A stretch of 64,000 nucleotides of DNA from NCBI RefSeq assembly GCF_009914755.1, contig NC_060929.1. One strand, given 5' to 3'. Within the stretch, counting starts at the first letter, position 1. Every line of letters starts with the position of its first letter. The notes beneath the pieces were generated by a model. It searched no databases, was not told the origin of the DNA, and saw nothing but the letters and a program-made list of their open reading frames with translations. Source of the DNA: the human T2T-CHM13v2.0 reference genome, Homo sapiens. Position numbers and translations under genes: made by a program. Shown here one piece after another: positions 40,100 to 51,841 of this stretch.

Positions 40100-40486
40100 G
40101 GAGTTTATTAAGTATTAACTCACACAATCACAAGGTCCCACAATAGGCCGTCTGCAAGCCGAGGAGCAAAGAAAGCCAATTCAAGTCCCAAAACTGAAGA
40201 ACTTGGAGTCTGATGTTCGAGGACAGGAAGCATTCAGCACAGGAGAAAGATGTAGGCTAGGAGGATAGGGCAGTCTAACCTTTTCACATTTCTCTACCTG
40301 CTTTATATCTTGGCCATGTTGGCAGCTGATTAGATGGTGCCCACCCAGATTAAGAGTGGTTCTGCCTTTCCCAGCCCACTGACCCAAATGTTAATCTCCT
40401 CTGGCAACACCTTCACAGACACACTCAGGATCAATACTTTGCATCCTTCAATCCCATCAAGTTGACACTCAGTATTAACCATCACA
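40100..40486 (-). mobile_element. MLT2A1-like (HERV-L) LTR, 3' end missing
   Basis: GGAGTTTATTAAGTATTAACTCACACAATCACAAGGTCCCACAATAGGCCGTCTGCAAG...GTTGACACTCAGTATTAACCATCACA. Confidence 0.92.
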
Positions 40487-41709
40487 CTGTGCTTGGCTTA
40501 TTTCACTTAACACAATGACCTCCAGTTTCTTTCATATTGTTGCAAATGACAGACTCTCATTCTTTTTAATGGCTGAATAGTAAGTACTCCATTGTGTATA
40601 AGCACAACATTTTCTTTATACATTCCTCTGTGTAGACACTTAGGTTGCTTCCAAATCTTGGCTATTGTGAACAGTGCTGCAATAAATGCAGTAGTGCAGA
40701 TATGTCTTTGATGTACTGATTTCATTTCTTTTAGGTATATACCTAGCAGAGGATTGCTGGATCATACGGTAGCTCTAATTTTATGTTTTGGGAAACTTTC
40801 AAACTGCTCTCCATAGTGGTCGTGCTAATGTACATTCCTACTAACAGTGTACAAAGGTTGCTTTTTCTGCACAACCTCACCACATTTGTTATTACTTGTC
40901 TTTTGGATAAAACTAATTTTAACTAGGGTAAGGTGATATTATTGGAGTTTTGATTTACATTTTCTGATGATCAGTGACGTTAAGCACATTTTAATATAAC
41001 TGTTTACCATTTGTATGTCTTTTTTTGAGAAATATCTATTCATATATTTTGTCTATTTTTAAATCAGATAATATTTTTATAGATAATTCTTATACATTCT
41101 GGTTATTAATCCCTTGTCAGATGGACAGTTTGAAAATATTGTCTCCCATTCTGTAGGTTGTCTCTTTACTTTGTTGATAGTTTCCTTTGCTGTGCAGAAG
41201 CCTTTTAACTCGATGTGATCCCATTTGTCCATTTGTTCTTTGGTTGCCTGTACTTGTAGAGTATTACTCAAGAAATCTTTGCCCAGTCCAATGTCCTGGA
41301 GAATTTCTGGAGGGTTTTCTTTTAGTCATTTAAGAGTTTGAAGTCCTAGATTTAACTCCTAAATCTATTTGCTTTTATTTTTCTATATGGCAAAAGATAT
41401 GGGCTCTAGTTTCATTCTTCTTCATGTGGATATCTACTTTTCCCAGCACCATTTATTGAAGAGACCGTCCTTTCCTCACTGTGTGTTTTTAGCACCTTTG
41501 TTGAAAATGAGTTCATCCTCCATGCCGCCTTCCTGGGCTTCCACGCACCACAGGTACCTCCCCACTCCTCCTCTGAACTCCAGTACTCTCTCTTTAACAC
41601 TGTAGTAGAATCTTAGTTGTTTATTCATTGCCTTGAATTTCTTCTTTCTTGTGGAGGAGGGGGATGAATGCCAGGTGCCTCTAGTCAGCTTTCTTGCTGA
41701 TGTCACTCT
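40487..41709 (-). mobile_element. L1MA: late ORF2/3' UTR (40487-41515) joined to the L1MA 5' end (41516-41709)
   Basis: Antisense ORF2 ([30 protein letters not shown]); 5' terminus reads AGAGTGACATCAGCAAGAAAGCTGACTAGAGGCACCTGGCA on the minus strand. Confidence 0.8.
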
Positions 41710-41719
41710 GCCATTAAGT

Positions 41720-43880
41720 ATCAACAGCTAAATTTATATTCAGCATTATATAAGAGGTCCTAACCAGACAAAGAAGAAAACTAAATTAAAAGTATAAAGG
41801 TTGAAATAAAAGGAAAATAACTATCTATATTTGTAGATAACATAATTGTGTATGTAGAAAATACTAAGAAATCTCAAAAAATATTACTAGGTCAATGAGT
41901 AAATTGAAGATCATAGAATATAAAGTCATTATAAAAATCAATTTATTTCTTTATATTGAAAATAAGAAATTGGAAAATAAAATTTAAAACAGTATTGTTT
42001 GTGATATTATCCAAAAACATAAATGTGACTTAAATTAATTTAACAAAAGTGGGCAAAACCTCCATGCTAAGAACTAAAACAGCTTTGATAGAAATTAAGA
42101 GCCTAAATAAATAGAAAGATATGCCACTTTTATAGACTGAGAAATTCAATTTTATTAAGATGCTAATACTCTCCAAATTAATCTATACATTCATACAATC
42201 CCAATCAAAATCCTGACAATTTTTTATAGATATTACAAGCTGACTGTAGAATTCATGTGAAAATGCAAAAAACTATAGTAGTCCAAAGAATTCTTTAAAA
42301 TAAGACATGCGGAGATTTACTGCAAAACTACAATTAGTATGTTCATGCAGTATTGGCAGAAAGTTAAGCAAATAGATCATTGAAACAATAAATCTTCCAG
42401 AAATCAATTAAGACATATGGCCAAATGATTTTTGACAAGGCTACCAAAGTAATGTAATTGTGAAATAAAAGTCTTTCCAACTAAAGATACTGGACAACTG
42501 GCTATCCATATAGGAAAAACAAACAACCCTTACCATACCCCATAACCCAATTAATTCAAAATAAATCATAGACAAAATACAAAAGCTAAAACTATAAAGC
42601 TTCTAGAAGAAAATACAGAATAATTAACCTTTGTGCCCTTGAGGTGGGCAAAATTTTTTAAAGAGGAAGCAGAAATCAATGATCACAATAAAAAATTTTT
42701 CATAGAATCTACCAAACTTTAAAACTTCTGGTAAACAAAAGACACCATTAAGAAGAGAAGACGAGCCAAACTATACAAACTATATATATATAGTTTGTAT
42801 ATATATAATTAATTTAACAAAAGTGGGCAAAACCTCCATGCTAAGAACTAAAACAGCATTGATAGAAATTAAGAGCCTAAATAAATAGAAAGATATGCCA
42901 CTTTTATAGACTGAGAAATTCAATTTTATATATATACATATATATGTATATATATATGTATACACACACATACATACATACATATATATACTATAATTAA
43001 GTATATACAACACTTGAACAGATACTAAAAGAAGACATAAATGGCTTATGAGCACATAAATATATGCTTGAGATTATTAAAATGCAAATTAAAAGCACAA
43101 TAAGATACAATTGCACACAGGCTAGAATGATTACTATTAAAAGACTTATCAACATTAAATGTTGATAAGGATGTGGAGCAACCACATCTGTCATACATTG
43201 TTGGGAGGAACTGGTAAAATTATACAGCCACCACTTTAAAAAAAACTCTTCAGCGGCTTCTTTAAAAAGTAAACATGTATCTACATTTTAAACAGCAATT
43301 ACTCTTGTATTTATCCCAGATCATTGAAAATATGTGACCCTAAAATACACTTACAAAAATATTCATTGTATAGCAGCTCAAAACTAGAAGCATTCAGGTG
43401 TGCATCAATGAAAGAATGGATATGTAACTTGTCCCATATTCATACAATGGAATATTACTCAGGAATAAAAAGGAACACTTTTTACATAAGTATAACAGCA
43501 TGGATAAACCTCAAAAACATGCTGAGTGAAAGCAGCCAGCCATAAAAGAGTGCATAGTGTGTAATCTTATTTATACAATGTTCTCAAAAGAGCAAAACAA
43601 ATGTGCGGTTCTAGAATCAGAATAACACTTTTAACTATTATGATTAAAGCTGCTATAAATATATTTCTTACCTATTATGATTAAAGCTGCTCTAAATATT
43701 TAAATAAATTAATATTTTCTTGTAAACTGTTTTCTAGGGGCATACCTTGTTATAAAGAAGGATTCTACAGAAATTTCTAGGATGATAATAATGTCCTATT
43801 ACTTAATAGGAATGTGTTATGTAGAACTGTAAAATTAATATCCTTACATGTCACTACATGTAAATAATGTCTAAAATCAT
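41720..43880 (+). mobile_element. Ancient L1MC/ME-like ORF2 and 3' UTR (continuation of the 27.6-33.6 kb element)
   Basis: GATTTTTGACAAGG, AAAACTATAAAGCTTCTAGAAGAAAA, CATACAATGGAATATTACTCAG, CTCAAAAACATGCTGAGTGAAAG. Confidence 0.8.
42807..42929 (+). repeat. 123-bp dispersed direct duplication of 42033-42155
   Basis: AATTAATTTAACAAAAGTGGGC...GAAATTCAATTTTAT occurs twice with 1 mismatch. Confidence 0.97.
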
Positions 43881-43912
43881 GATTGTGTGTGAGTTCCCAC
43901 TTTGAATTGCCC

Positions 43913-44283
43913 TGTATTAGTTCATTTTCACACTGCTATAAAGAAATACCCAAGACTGAATAATTTATAAAGGAAAGAGGTTTAATTAAGCCAGTTCCCC
44001 ATGGCTGGGGGAGGCCTCAGGAAACTTACAATCATGGAGGAAGGCAAAGGGGAAGCAAGGATCTTCTTCACATGGCAGCAGGAGAGAGAAGAGTGAGGAG
44101 CAAACGGGAAAGAGCCCCTTATAAAACCATCAGATCTCATCAGAACTCACTCACTATCACAAGAACGTCATGGGGTAAATGATCCAATCACCTCCCACCA
44201 GGTCTCTCCCTAGACAGGTGAAGATTATGGGGATTATCATTAGAGACGAGATTTGGCTGGGGACACAGAGCCAAACCATATCA
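43913..44283 (-). mobile_element. THE1 (THE1D-like) solo LTR
   Basis: TGTATTAGTTCATTTTCACACTGCTATAAAG...GAGCCAAACCATATCA; TSD TGCCC/TGTCC. Confidence 0.92.
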
Positions 44284-44315
44284 TGTCCCTAAGGCAAATT
44301 CTACACTTATATATA

Positions 44316-44583
44316 TTTTTTTTGAGTTGGGGTCACACCCTGTCACCCAGGCTGGAGTGCAGTAGCTCATTGCAGCCTTGACCTCCTGGGCTCAAGCGAT
44401 TCTTCCACCTCAGCCACCTAAGTAGCTGGCACCACAGGCATGTATTACCATGCTGGGAAAAACTTTGTAGAGATGAGGTCTCACTATGTTGCCTAGGCTG
44501 GTTTCAAACTCCTAGGCTCAAGTGATCCTCCTACCTCAGCCTCCCAAAGTACTGGGATTATAGGTGAGCCCCCATACTTGGCC
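44316..44583 (-). mobile_element. AluJ, antisense
   Basis: CATTGCAGCCTTGACCTCCTGGGCTCAAGCGAT...CTAGGCTCAAGTGATCCTCC. Confidence 0.9.
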
Positions 44584-45899
44584 CTATACCTATCTTTATT
44601 AAGATTTGGTAATCAAATCTAACACATTATCTTTTATGTGTAAATTAATTCTAGTTAAGTTACTGTCATTCCTAAATGAAGAGGTGTGTATTAAAAGCAG
44701 GAGAAGCATTACTTTTTTCTTCCACTGTTTTGCCCTCCTTCCTGGTTTTGGAAAGTGGTTGTGATTTACTCTTCCTCCTCTGTGGCTTCTCTTGATTATT
44801 GACACCTCCATCCAAACAGTCAAATCCAGAAACCTGGCATCTCCCTTACCTGCCAACATCCAATTCATCCGCAAGACATATCTCTAAAACTTACAGAATC
44901 CCATAACTATCTCTCTGAGGTGTCAGATTTCACCAATTCTGTGAGTTATTGAAGCATTTTATCAGTCTGTTTGAAAGTCTCTTCAAATGTGAATAGCAGG
45001 GCTTATTCCATACCAAATAAACTCCCTGCAGATTACTTCTCTGATTGCATTAAATCTCTCTGGTGGCTTTCTTCTCTGTGGATTGTCCACCCATTTGGTG
45101 TGGAAGTCTTGGAATCTGGTAGTATGGGATGGAGACATATTGGATGGCAACATATTTTTTTTTTATTTCTGGAGCAGCAAACAATCTACCTTAGAACTGT
45201 ACTACATTCATTTATTAGTTTGACTTACTGAGAACACACACTCCACCTCTGAGCACAGAAACAGCTGCAATAATTAAATTTGATTATACTGAGAAGATTA
45301 ACATTTCAATACTTAGCTGAAAGATAAGATAGACGTCATGGGACTTGATCAGGCAAGGAAGCCAGCCTCCAAAATTTGTATAAATTAAACCAAAGGTAAA
45401 CTCAGCAAATATAACCATATGATAAGGACTGTGGTAATGCATCAGGCTACAAAAATGAAGCAGAATCATCTCTGGTCTCGGAGCACTCAATCTTGTAAGG
45501 AACACAAATAAAATCTTGTAAAATGGTGTGATGCCCGCACACAGAGTTAATAGGTGTTCATATAACACACAGCGCTGCAGAGGTAAATTGGGTGGTGGTA
45601 AATATCATGGGCTCTAGAGAGATTGGTGAGATTCAAATCCCCATTCTACCCTTATGAAACAGTGGGACCTTGGATATGTAACTTCAGTTTAGAAGCCTTG
45701 GTTTCCCATCTACAAAAAGGGTTATTGAGACAATTAGATTTAAATATATATACATGTTTTAGTTACTAGTTCAAATGTGTTTATTATATATTAATAATGT
45801 TAGTACTCTATAATTTTAGACCATTGATAGATGATATCAATTTTTCTAATAAAATCTTATATTCCATTGTAATATAGACATATATTTTAATATTCTATA

Positions 45900-46260
45900 A
45901 ATTTTTCGCTTACTCGTTATGGGCTAAGAATCTGTGAAGACCTCACAAATGGAAAGCTTCTCAGTAGGGACCTGAGGCCTGAGGGAATCAGCACCTTCTG
46001 GAGAGTTTGAACAGGCCCATGTTTCATGGGCACAGAGTGCGTGGGACAAATACAGAGTAGCAGCAGGTGGGGCCAGAGAGGCAAACCAAAATTAGCTCAT
46101 CGGAGAGCAGGGATCTTGATCGCCATGCTGGAAAATATGGACAATATCCTACATTATCCTAAAGGGCAAGGGAAACCACTGAAAGATTTAAAGCAGAGTT
46201 CGGGCACATAATTATATTTTAGAAAAAGTCACTCTGGTAGGGAATGAACTGAAAAAGTAT
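45900..46260 (-). mobile_element. L2 fragment
   Basis: TTATCCTAAAGGGCAAGGGAAACCACTGAAAGATTTAAAGCAG...TTTTAGAAAAAGTCACTCTGG. Confidence 0.7.
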
Positions 46261-46769
46261 CAGCAAGGACTATCTCGAATTATTTTCCTAGGGGTTCTAC
46301 TATAAGAAGTGGCCAGTATTACCAAAAGAGCAATTTCTTGGTCTTTCAGATGTTCCTCTCTGGCTGGACTGGGAGCAAATGCTTTTCTGTATCCTGCTTT
46401 CGGGTCTTAAGCACGCCCAACCCTCCAGTTCACCACCCGCTACCACCTGCCCTTAAATACTGAGGGAAACTCCGATGTAACCAAATGATGGATTGTCAGA
46501 GCCAGAGGTTGAGAGGAAGAAAGGAAACCCCATAGATGGTGATGATGGGGATGCAGGGCCAAGGCACCCTAGGGAGGAAGGAAAAAATGAAGGACCCAGA
46601 AAGGAGGATTGGGTGTGACTCATAAATCACTCAAAGAAGAGACGGAAATGCTTTTCAGCATCCTCTGGATACATGTGTATGACTGACAGTCTGAAAAGAA
46701 AATAGCCTATGTTTTTGTCCTTCCAAATATTAGGGACAAATATTAGGGAGCTAACAAGTTATTGATTAT

Positions 46770-47110
46770 GAATATCAATATTTAATGTCATTGTCACCAG
46801 TACTCTGAAGAAAAAAATCACTCTTTGGGAACAAATATGGGACCTATTGTATCCTGGGAAATTCAGGGAAAGCTTCCTCCAGAAGGTGGCAGGGAAACAA
46901 GCCCTATGATCTGAAGTAATCAGAACATGGGGTAAGTGGCCATAGGCATAGGCAATGACATGGACAAATGCACTGAGGTACTGAGGTGAGAAGGAGTTTG
47001 ATGATTTCAAGGAGTTAGAAGAATACTGCAGTGGCTGAAGCATAGTGAACGAGAGGGACAGGGGTGCGTGATGAGGATGGAGAGGTAGGGCCTGGCAGGA
47101 TTGGAGCTAC
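46770..47110 (-). mobile_element. L2 fragment
   Basis: TCAGGGAAAGCTTCCTCCAGAAGGTG...AGTGGCTGAAGCATAGTGA. Confidence 0.7.
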
Positions 47111-47877
47111 AGATTTTAAATAAATGCATAACACTCTAAATGAGACAAAAAGTGCAAGCATTTGGGTATTTTATAAGATTATCAAATTCAAATGAATCAT
47201 TTCCTATATTTGACCACCTTCCATGAAAAATTATACTTAGTACATCAGATAAAGTACAATTATTGTTTTGCTTCTGTGACTATTAAAGGCTATAGTTACG
47301 ACAATAGAATGGTGTATGATCCCTTCTTTTTCATAGCTCTGTTTCTAATCTGAGATTGTATTTGCATTGCTAAAGACTTTTTACTAGGTAGGGAGATTAA
47401 CAAGCAGTGCAGCAGAAATATGACAGTCATTACTGCTGATTAAATGATAATTTTCTAGAGCGACATTATGCATCAGAAAAGAAAATAATGAGCTCACTTG
47501 AATTTATGGACCCCGCGGCAGCTGGAGAAGTTTTCTCATTTGCTCATCAACAGCTTCCACACCAAATATTCAAAAGGATTATATAGATACTTGGGATAGG
47601 CACAGACTTAGAGGTTAAAAAGTAGGCACCTTGGCAGGGAGGCTTACATAATTGTAATCAGCCTGCTGGAGGTAATAAATAATGCTAGTAAAGACAATAA
47701 AAATATTTGCATATATATTGTAGTCTATCCATTACTTTAAGTCAGGAAGAGACAAAAACAGAAGCTGGTGGATGGAATGTAGTAAAGAGGAAAGCATAGT
47801 TTGACACAAGGAAAGCAATGGAAATAGAGTCAAAGAAAGGCCAGTTTGACGTAGAGAATGCGAGTCAATTATCCAAC

Positions 47878-48252
47878 ACATTAGTTTGCTGGAGCTGACA
47901 TAACAAACCACCACAGACTGGGTGGCTTAAAGAACAGAAATTTACTTTCTCACAGTTCTGGAAGCTAGAAGTCTGAGATCAAGGTGTCAGCAAGTTTGAT
48001 TTCTTCTGAGGCCTCTCACTTTGGCTTTTGGATGGCCAGCTTTTCACTATGTCCTCACTCTGTCTCTGTTTCACCTGTGTCCTAAACTTCTTATAAGGAC
48101 ACAAGTGATATTGGATTAGGGCTCACCACATAACCTCATTTTACCTTAATCTCCTCTTTAAAGGCCCTATCTCCAAATAGTCATTTTCTGAGGTACTGGG
48201 TCTTAGGATTTCAACATATGAATTTTGGAGGACACAATTCAACCCAAACACA
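47878..48252 (-). mobile_element. MLT1A/MLT1A0 LTR
   Basis: ATTAGTTTGCTGGAGCTG...CACAGACTGGGTGGCTTAAA...GGACACAATTCAACCCA. Confidence 0.88.
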
Positions 48253-48259
48253 GGACAAA

Positions 48260-48810
48260 AATTAATTGAGTACTTACTCTGTGCAGGGCATTGTGCAAGG
48301 CACTGCAGATAAAGGAAGACATGGCCCTGTCCTCATGGACCACAGGAGATGGGGGGAAGACAGGCATCCAATAAGGGATTGTATATAAACACATTATTTA
48401 ACAATTAATCACCCCTGTGAGACATACTGCAAAGAGGAGCCTGAAATAGGGGAGGGTCCAGGAGGCATGTCTGGAAGAAGGAAGCTTTAAGCTACAACCG
48501 GAAGAGGGTGTAGGCATGAGCTGGAGGAAGAAAAGGACACGAGTGACCCAAGGATGAGAAAATAGCATGTTTCCTGGGGGCAAGCGGGAGAGATTGCTGT
48601 GTGTTGGAAGGGTTGCATGAAGCCGGTAGGACTAAGAGAAGAAAACAGATTTGTGCAATGAGTATGGAGCCATAAGCGGATGTCAGACCATTTGGAGAAA
48701 ACTGAAGTATGATTGCTGGGGAGAAGTGTAGCCTGTGCAGAGTGGCATGCACTAGCGTGAGTACTCTTTATTGGTGCATTGGGAGGTAAATGAGAAGACA
48801 GTTGTCTAAT
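48260..48810 (-). mobile_element. L2 fragment
   Basis: TTGAGTACTTACTCTGTGCAGGGCATTGTGCAAGGCACTGCAGATA...CCCTGTCCTCATGGA. Confidence 0.7.
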
Positions 48811-48819
48811 AATTTTGAG

Positions 48820-49085
48820 AGGCTATTTAGTCCAATGGTTAAGAACTAGAGCTCGGTTCAGACTTTATGGATTAGTTAATCCTGCCTCTACCACTTACCA
48901 GCTTGTGACTTTTGGTGAGTTACTTAATCTCTCTGTGTATCATCATCCTCAACTCTGCATTTATCCTAATCACAGTATGCACCTCATAAGTGGAGTTAAA
49001 TGAGTGGATGTACATAAAGTACACACGTAGATGTACATAACTAGCAGTTTCTGACACAAAGTAGCATTCAGGACATGACAAGTTT
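48820..49085 (+). mobile_element. MIR
   Basis: CCTGCCTCTACCACTTACCAGCTTGTGACTTTGGTGAGTTACTTAATCTCTCTGTG. Confidence 0.8.
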
Positions 49086-49811
49086 TATCATTAGTAGAAA
49101 TAACAGAAGATAAAATCTGCATAGCACATGAAGAAGTTGCTTAAAGGTAAGATAAAGGTAAAAAAGCAGAACTCTCTCTTAATGATGAATTCAGCAAGCA
49201 TTTGTTGATTAATTCCTCTTTCACTCTCCAATAACCTTTTTGATAACGATGGAATTTTCCTTTAAAAGACCTTTTAAGCAATTGATGGAAGCACATTAAT
49301 GACAAATGTGCATTGGTTCTAAGTACCGCTGTGGTCTTAGAGATTAAATGTCTTCCAACTACACCTTTCCACTAAAATATCTCATCTAAGTTGCTGTTCT
49401 CTCTTTCTAGCAGTTTAAAATTTCTCTTTTCTACCTAGCCTGTTGTTTCACATGGTCACAGTGTACATATTTGACAAAAGAATGACTACAATAGAAAGCA
49501 ATTGCCTCCAAATGAAAGAATGGGTCTAAAGGAAAATCCTTCAAATATTGGTACTCTCTGAAATCACTAGCGCCAACAAAATTCACTATGTAAAATGCTA
49601 TCCCTAAGGTTAATAGTGTAATCTCCTCCCCCTCTGCCAGAAGACAAGTTATCAAAATCCCAACTTTATAAAAAAAAGTCACCTCAATTTCTTATTCTTA
49701 CTTGTTTATAAAGAATTATGTGACTCATCTAGTTGGTTCATTAATAGCTGTGATGCTGTCATGAATTGCTTTCTGCTATAGTACATTTTCATATCTGACA
49801 GTATGGTTGCA

Positions 49812-49866
49812 TTTTGAAAGTTCTATCATCACTTTCCTGTTGAATGCAATGATAGAACTTTCAAAA
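49812..49866. repeat. Inverted repeat with perfect 18-bp arms (55-nt hairpin)
   Basis: TTTTGAAAGTTCTATCAT (49812-49829) and ATGATAGAACTTTCAAAA (49849-49866). Confidence 0.95.
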
Positions 49867-50656
49867 AAAGTTCATATGGAGTTGGGCACTCAATAAATAT
49901 TTGTTGAATTAATGAATCAGAAATAGTCCTCAGAGCATTTCTGCAGGACAATGGTTATTTCCCCATTTAACCAATGTGAGAGCTGAGGTTGATGGATGTT
50001 AAATAACTCATTCAAGGCAGCACAGTGGTGAATGACAGGAGAAATGAAGTCCAGGTCTCCTAGATTCAAAAGCTGCACCATGCCTGTTCTGATTTTTATG
50101 AATGATGCCACAGAGTAGAAAAATCCCTGAAGACTGTGGTTTGAGGGTACCTTCTCTGTGCCACACCAAGCCTAGGACTTGCTACAGGACACATAGGTTT
50201 CTATTTCCTGCCATAACCCTCACCAGACTGTATGGATTACTACTGTGTCCCAGCAGTAACACAGGGATTAGCACTTACTAAATGTTCAGTAAACAAAATT
50301 TTCAAAAAATAAGATCGCAAATACAATGTGAAAGCAAAAATAATTTTGACTTCATGTATCTTTTAAAGTCTGCATATCTAATCTATTAGATCTCATAAAA
50401 ATAAAGAAATATGTTTTGTGATATAGAATATGCACCTCATATTTGATGCCTCTGAAACTTTAGAGTGTTGCTCCCATTCATAAGGCTCCCATTCATTTAA
50501 CTCTTCAACAATATCTTCCCATTCTTCACTTCAGGGTGACCTCAGTGTTCCCGATGATTCCATCCCTGTCCTTGTCTCTCTTTACCTCTTAGCCTTCCAA
50601 CTCCCTGAGGGGACTCATAGCTACACCCATAACTGTGGCTGCCAATTTAGTGACAC

Positions 50657-51059
50657 TGTCATGGATTCCTAGCTTTCCTTTACCACTGAAGGATTTATTC
50701 CTCCAGCTGCTGGGAGTGCTGACAGATAATAAACCTCAGCTCTCAGCCTCCTCTAGGAATTACCCTCAACTGAAGAGAGCTATTTTACCCAAGGCCACAC
50801 CTTCCCAGGGGCAGTCAGCATCCAAAAACTGGCAACAGAGGATGTAAAGGCTGACTCTCCTCACTGGGCCATTCTAGCTTGAGTTTCCCTTGGGGTCAGC
50901 AGTAGCTGATGTTGAGTCTGCATTACACACATACCTTCCCTCTAGGCCACCCTGTGGCCTTCTATTCTCACACTAGTGTTAATTTCAGAACATTTCTAAT
51001 ACGCCTCCTGCATATAAATTTCCATCTGAGTCTGCTTCCGGGAAACCCAGCCTGCGAGA
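50657..51059 (+). mobile_element. LTR16A-like ERVL LTR (within L2)
   Basis: CCAGCTGCTGGGAGTGCTG...CTCAACTGAAGAGAGC...GAGTCTGCTTCCGGGAAACCCAGCCTGCGA. Confidence 0.8.
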
Positions 51060-51295
51060 ACCAGTGATTCTAAAGTCTCTATTTCCAGCTGCCTTCTTTG
51101 AGACGCTCCAGAACCATATATTTACAGAAATCTATTGGACATCTTCCATTTGGGCATCGTTGGCAATCTGAAGCCCAACATGCTCAAACTGAACTCATCT
51201 TGGTTTTTGAATCCTCACACTTTTGTTCCCTCTTGAGTTCTCCTTCTCAGGGAATATCACTAGCATCATCTCAGCCTCCCAATACACAAACCTGG

Positions 51296-51841
51296 TGCAT
51301 TAGTTATCTATTGCTGTGTAATAATATTACCACCAACTTAGCTGCTTAAAGCAACATGCACTAATTATGTGACAGTTTCTGTATATCAGTAGTCCAAGCA
51401 CAGCTGGGTCTCCTGTAAAGCTGCAATCAAGATGTTAGCCAGGACTAAAGTCTTATCGTGACCAAAGGATCTGCTTCCAAATTCATGAAGTCATTGGCAG
51501 GATTCAATTCCTTGCAGGCTGCAGGATGAGGACCTCAGATTTTTGCTAGATGTTAAGCAGACATCACTTTCAGTTACTCACTCTGTAGTCCTCTCCATAG
51601 ACAGCCCACAACATGACAGCTTGCTTCTTAAAAGCCAGCATGGGAGAGAGAGACAGTTCAAACAGGACAAGTGTTAGAATCCTACATAACATAATCATGG
51701 AGGTGACACGCTGTTACACTTGCCATATTCATTTTGCCAGAAATAAGTCACAGGTGCTGCCTACAATCAAGGGGAGGGGTCCATCCAAGGAACACAAGGA
51801 GGTAAGGGTCATGGAGGTCACCTTAGAACTTTTCTACTACC
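51296..51841 (-). mobile_element. MLT1 (E/F-like) LTR
   Basis: TGCATTAGTTATCTATTGCTGTGTAA...GGCAGGATTCAATTCCTTGCAG...CACCTTAGAA. Confidence 0.8.
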
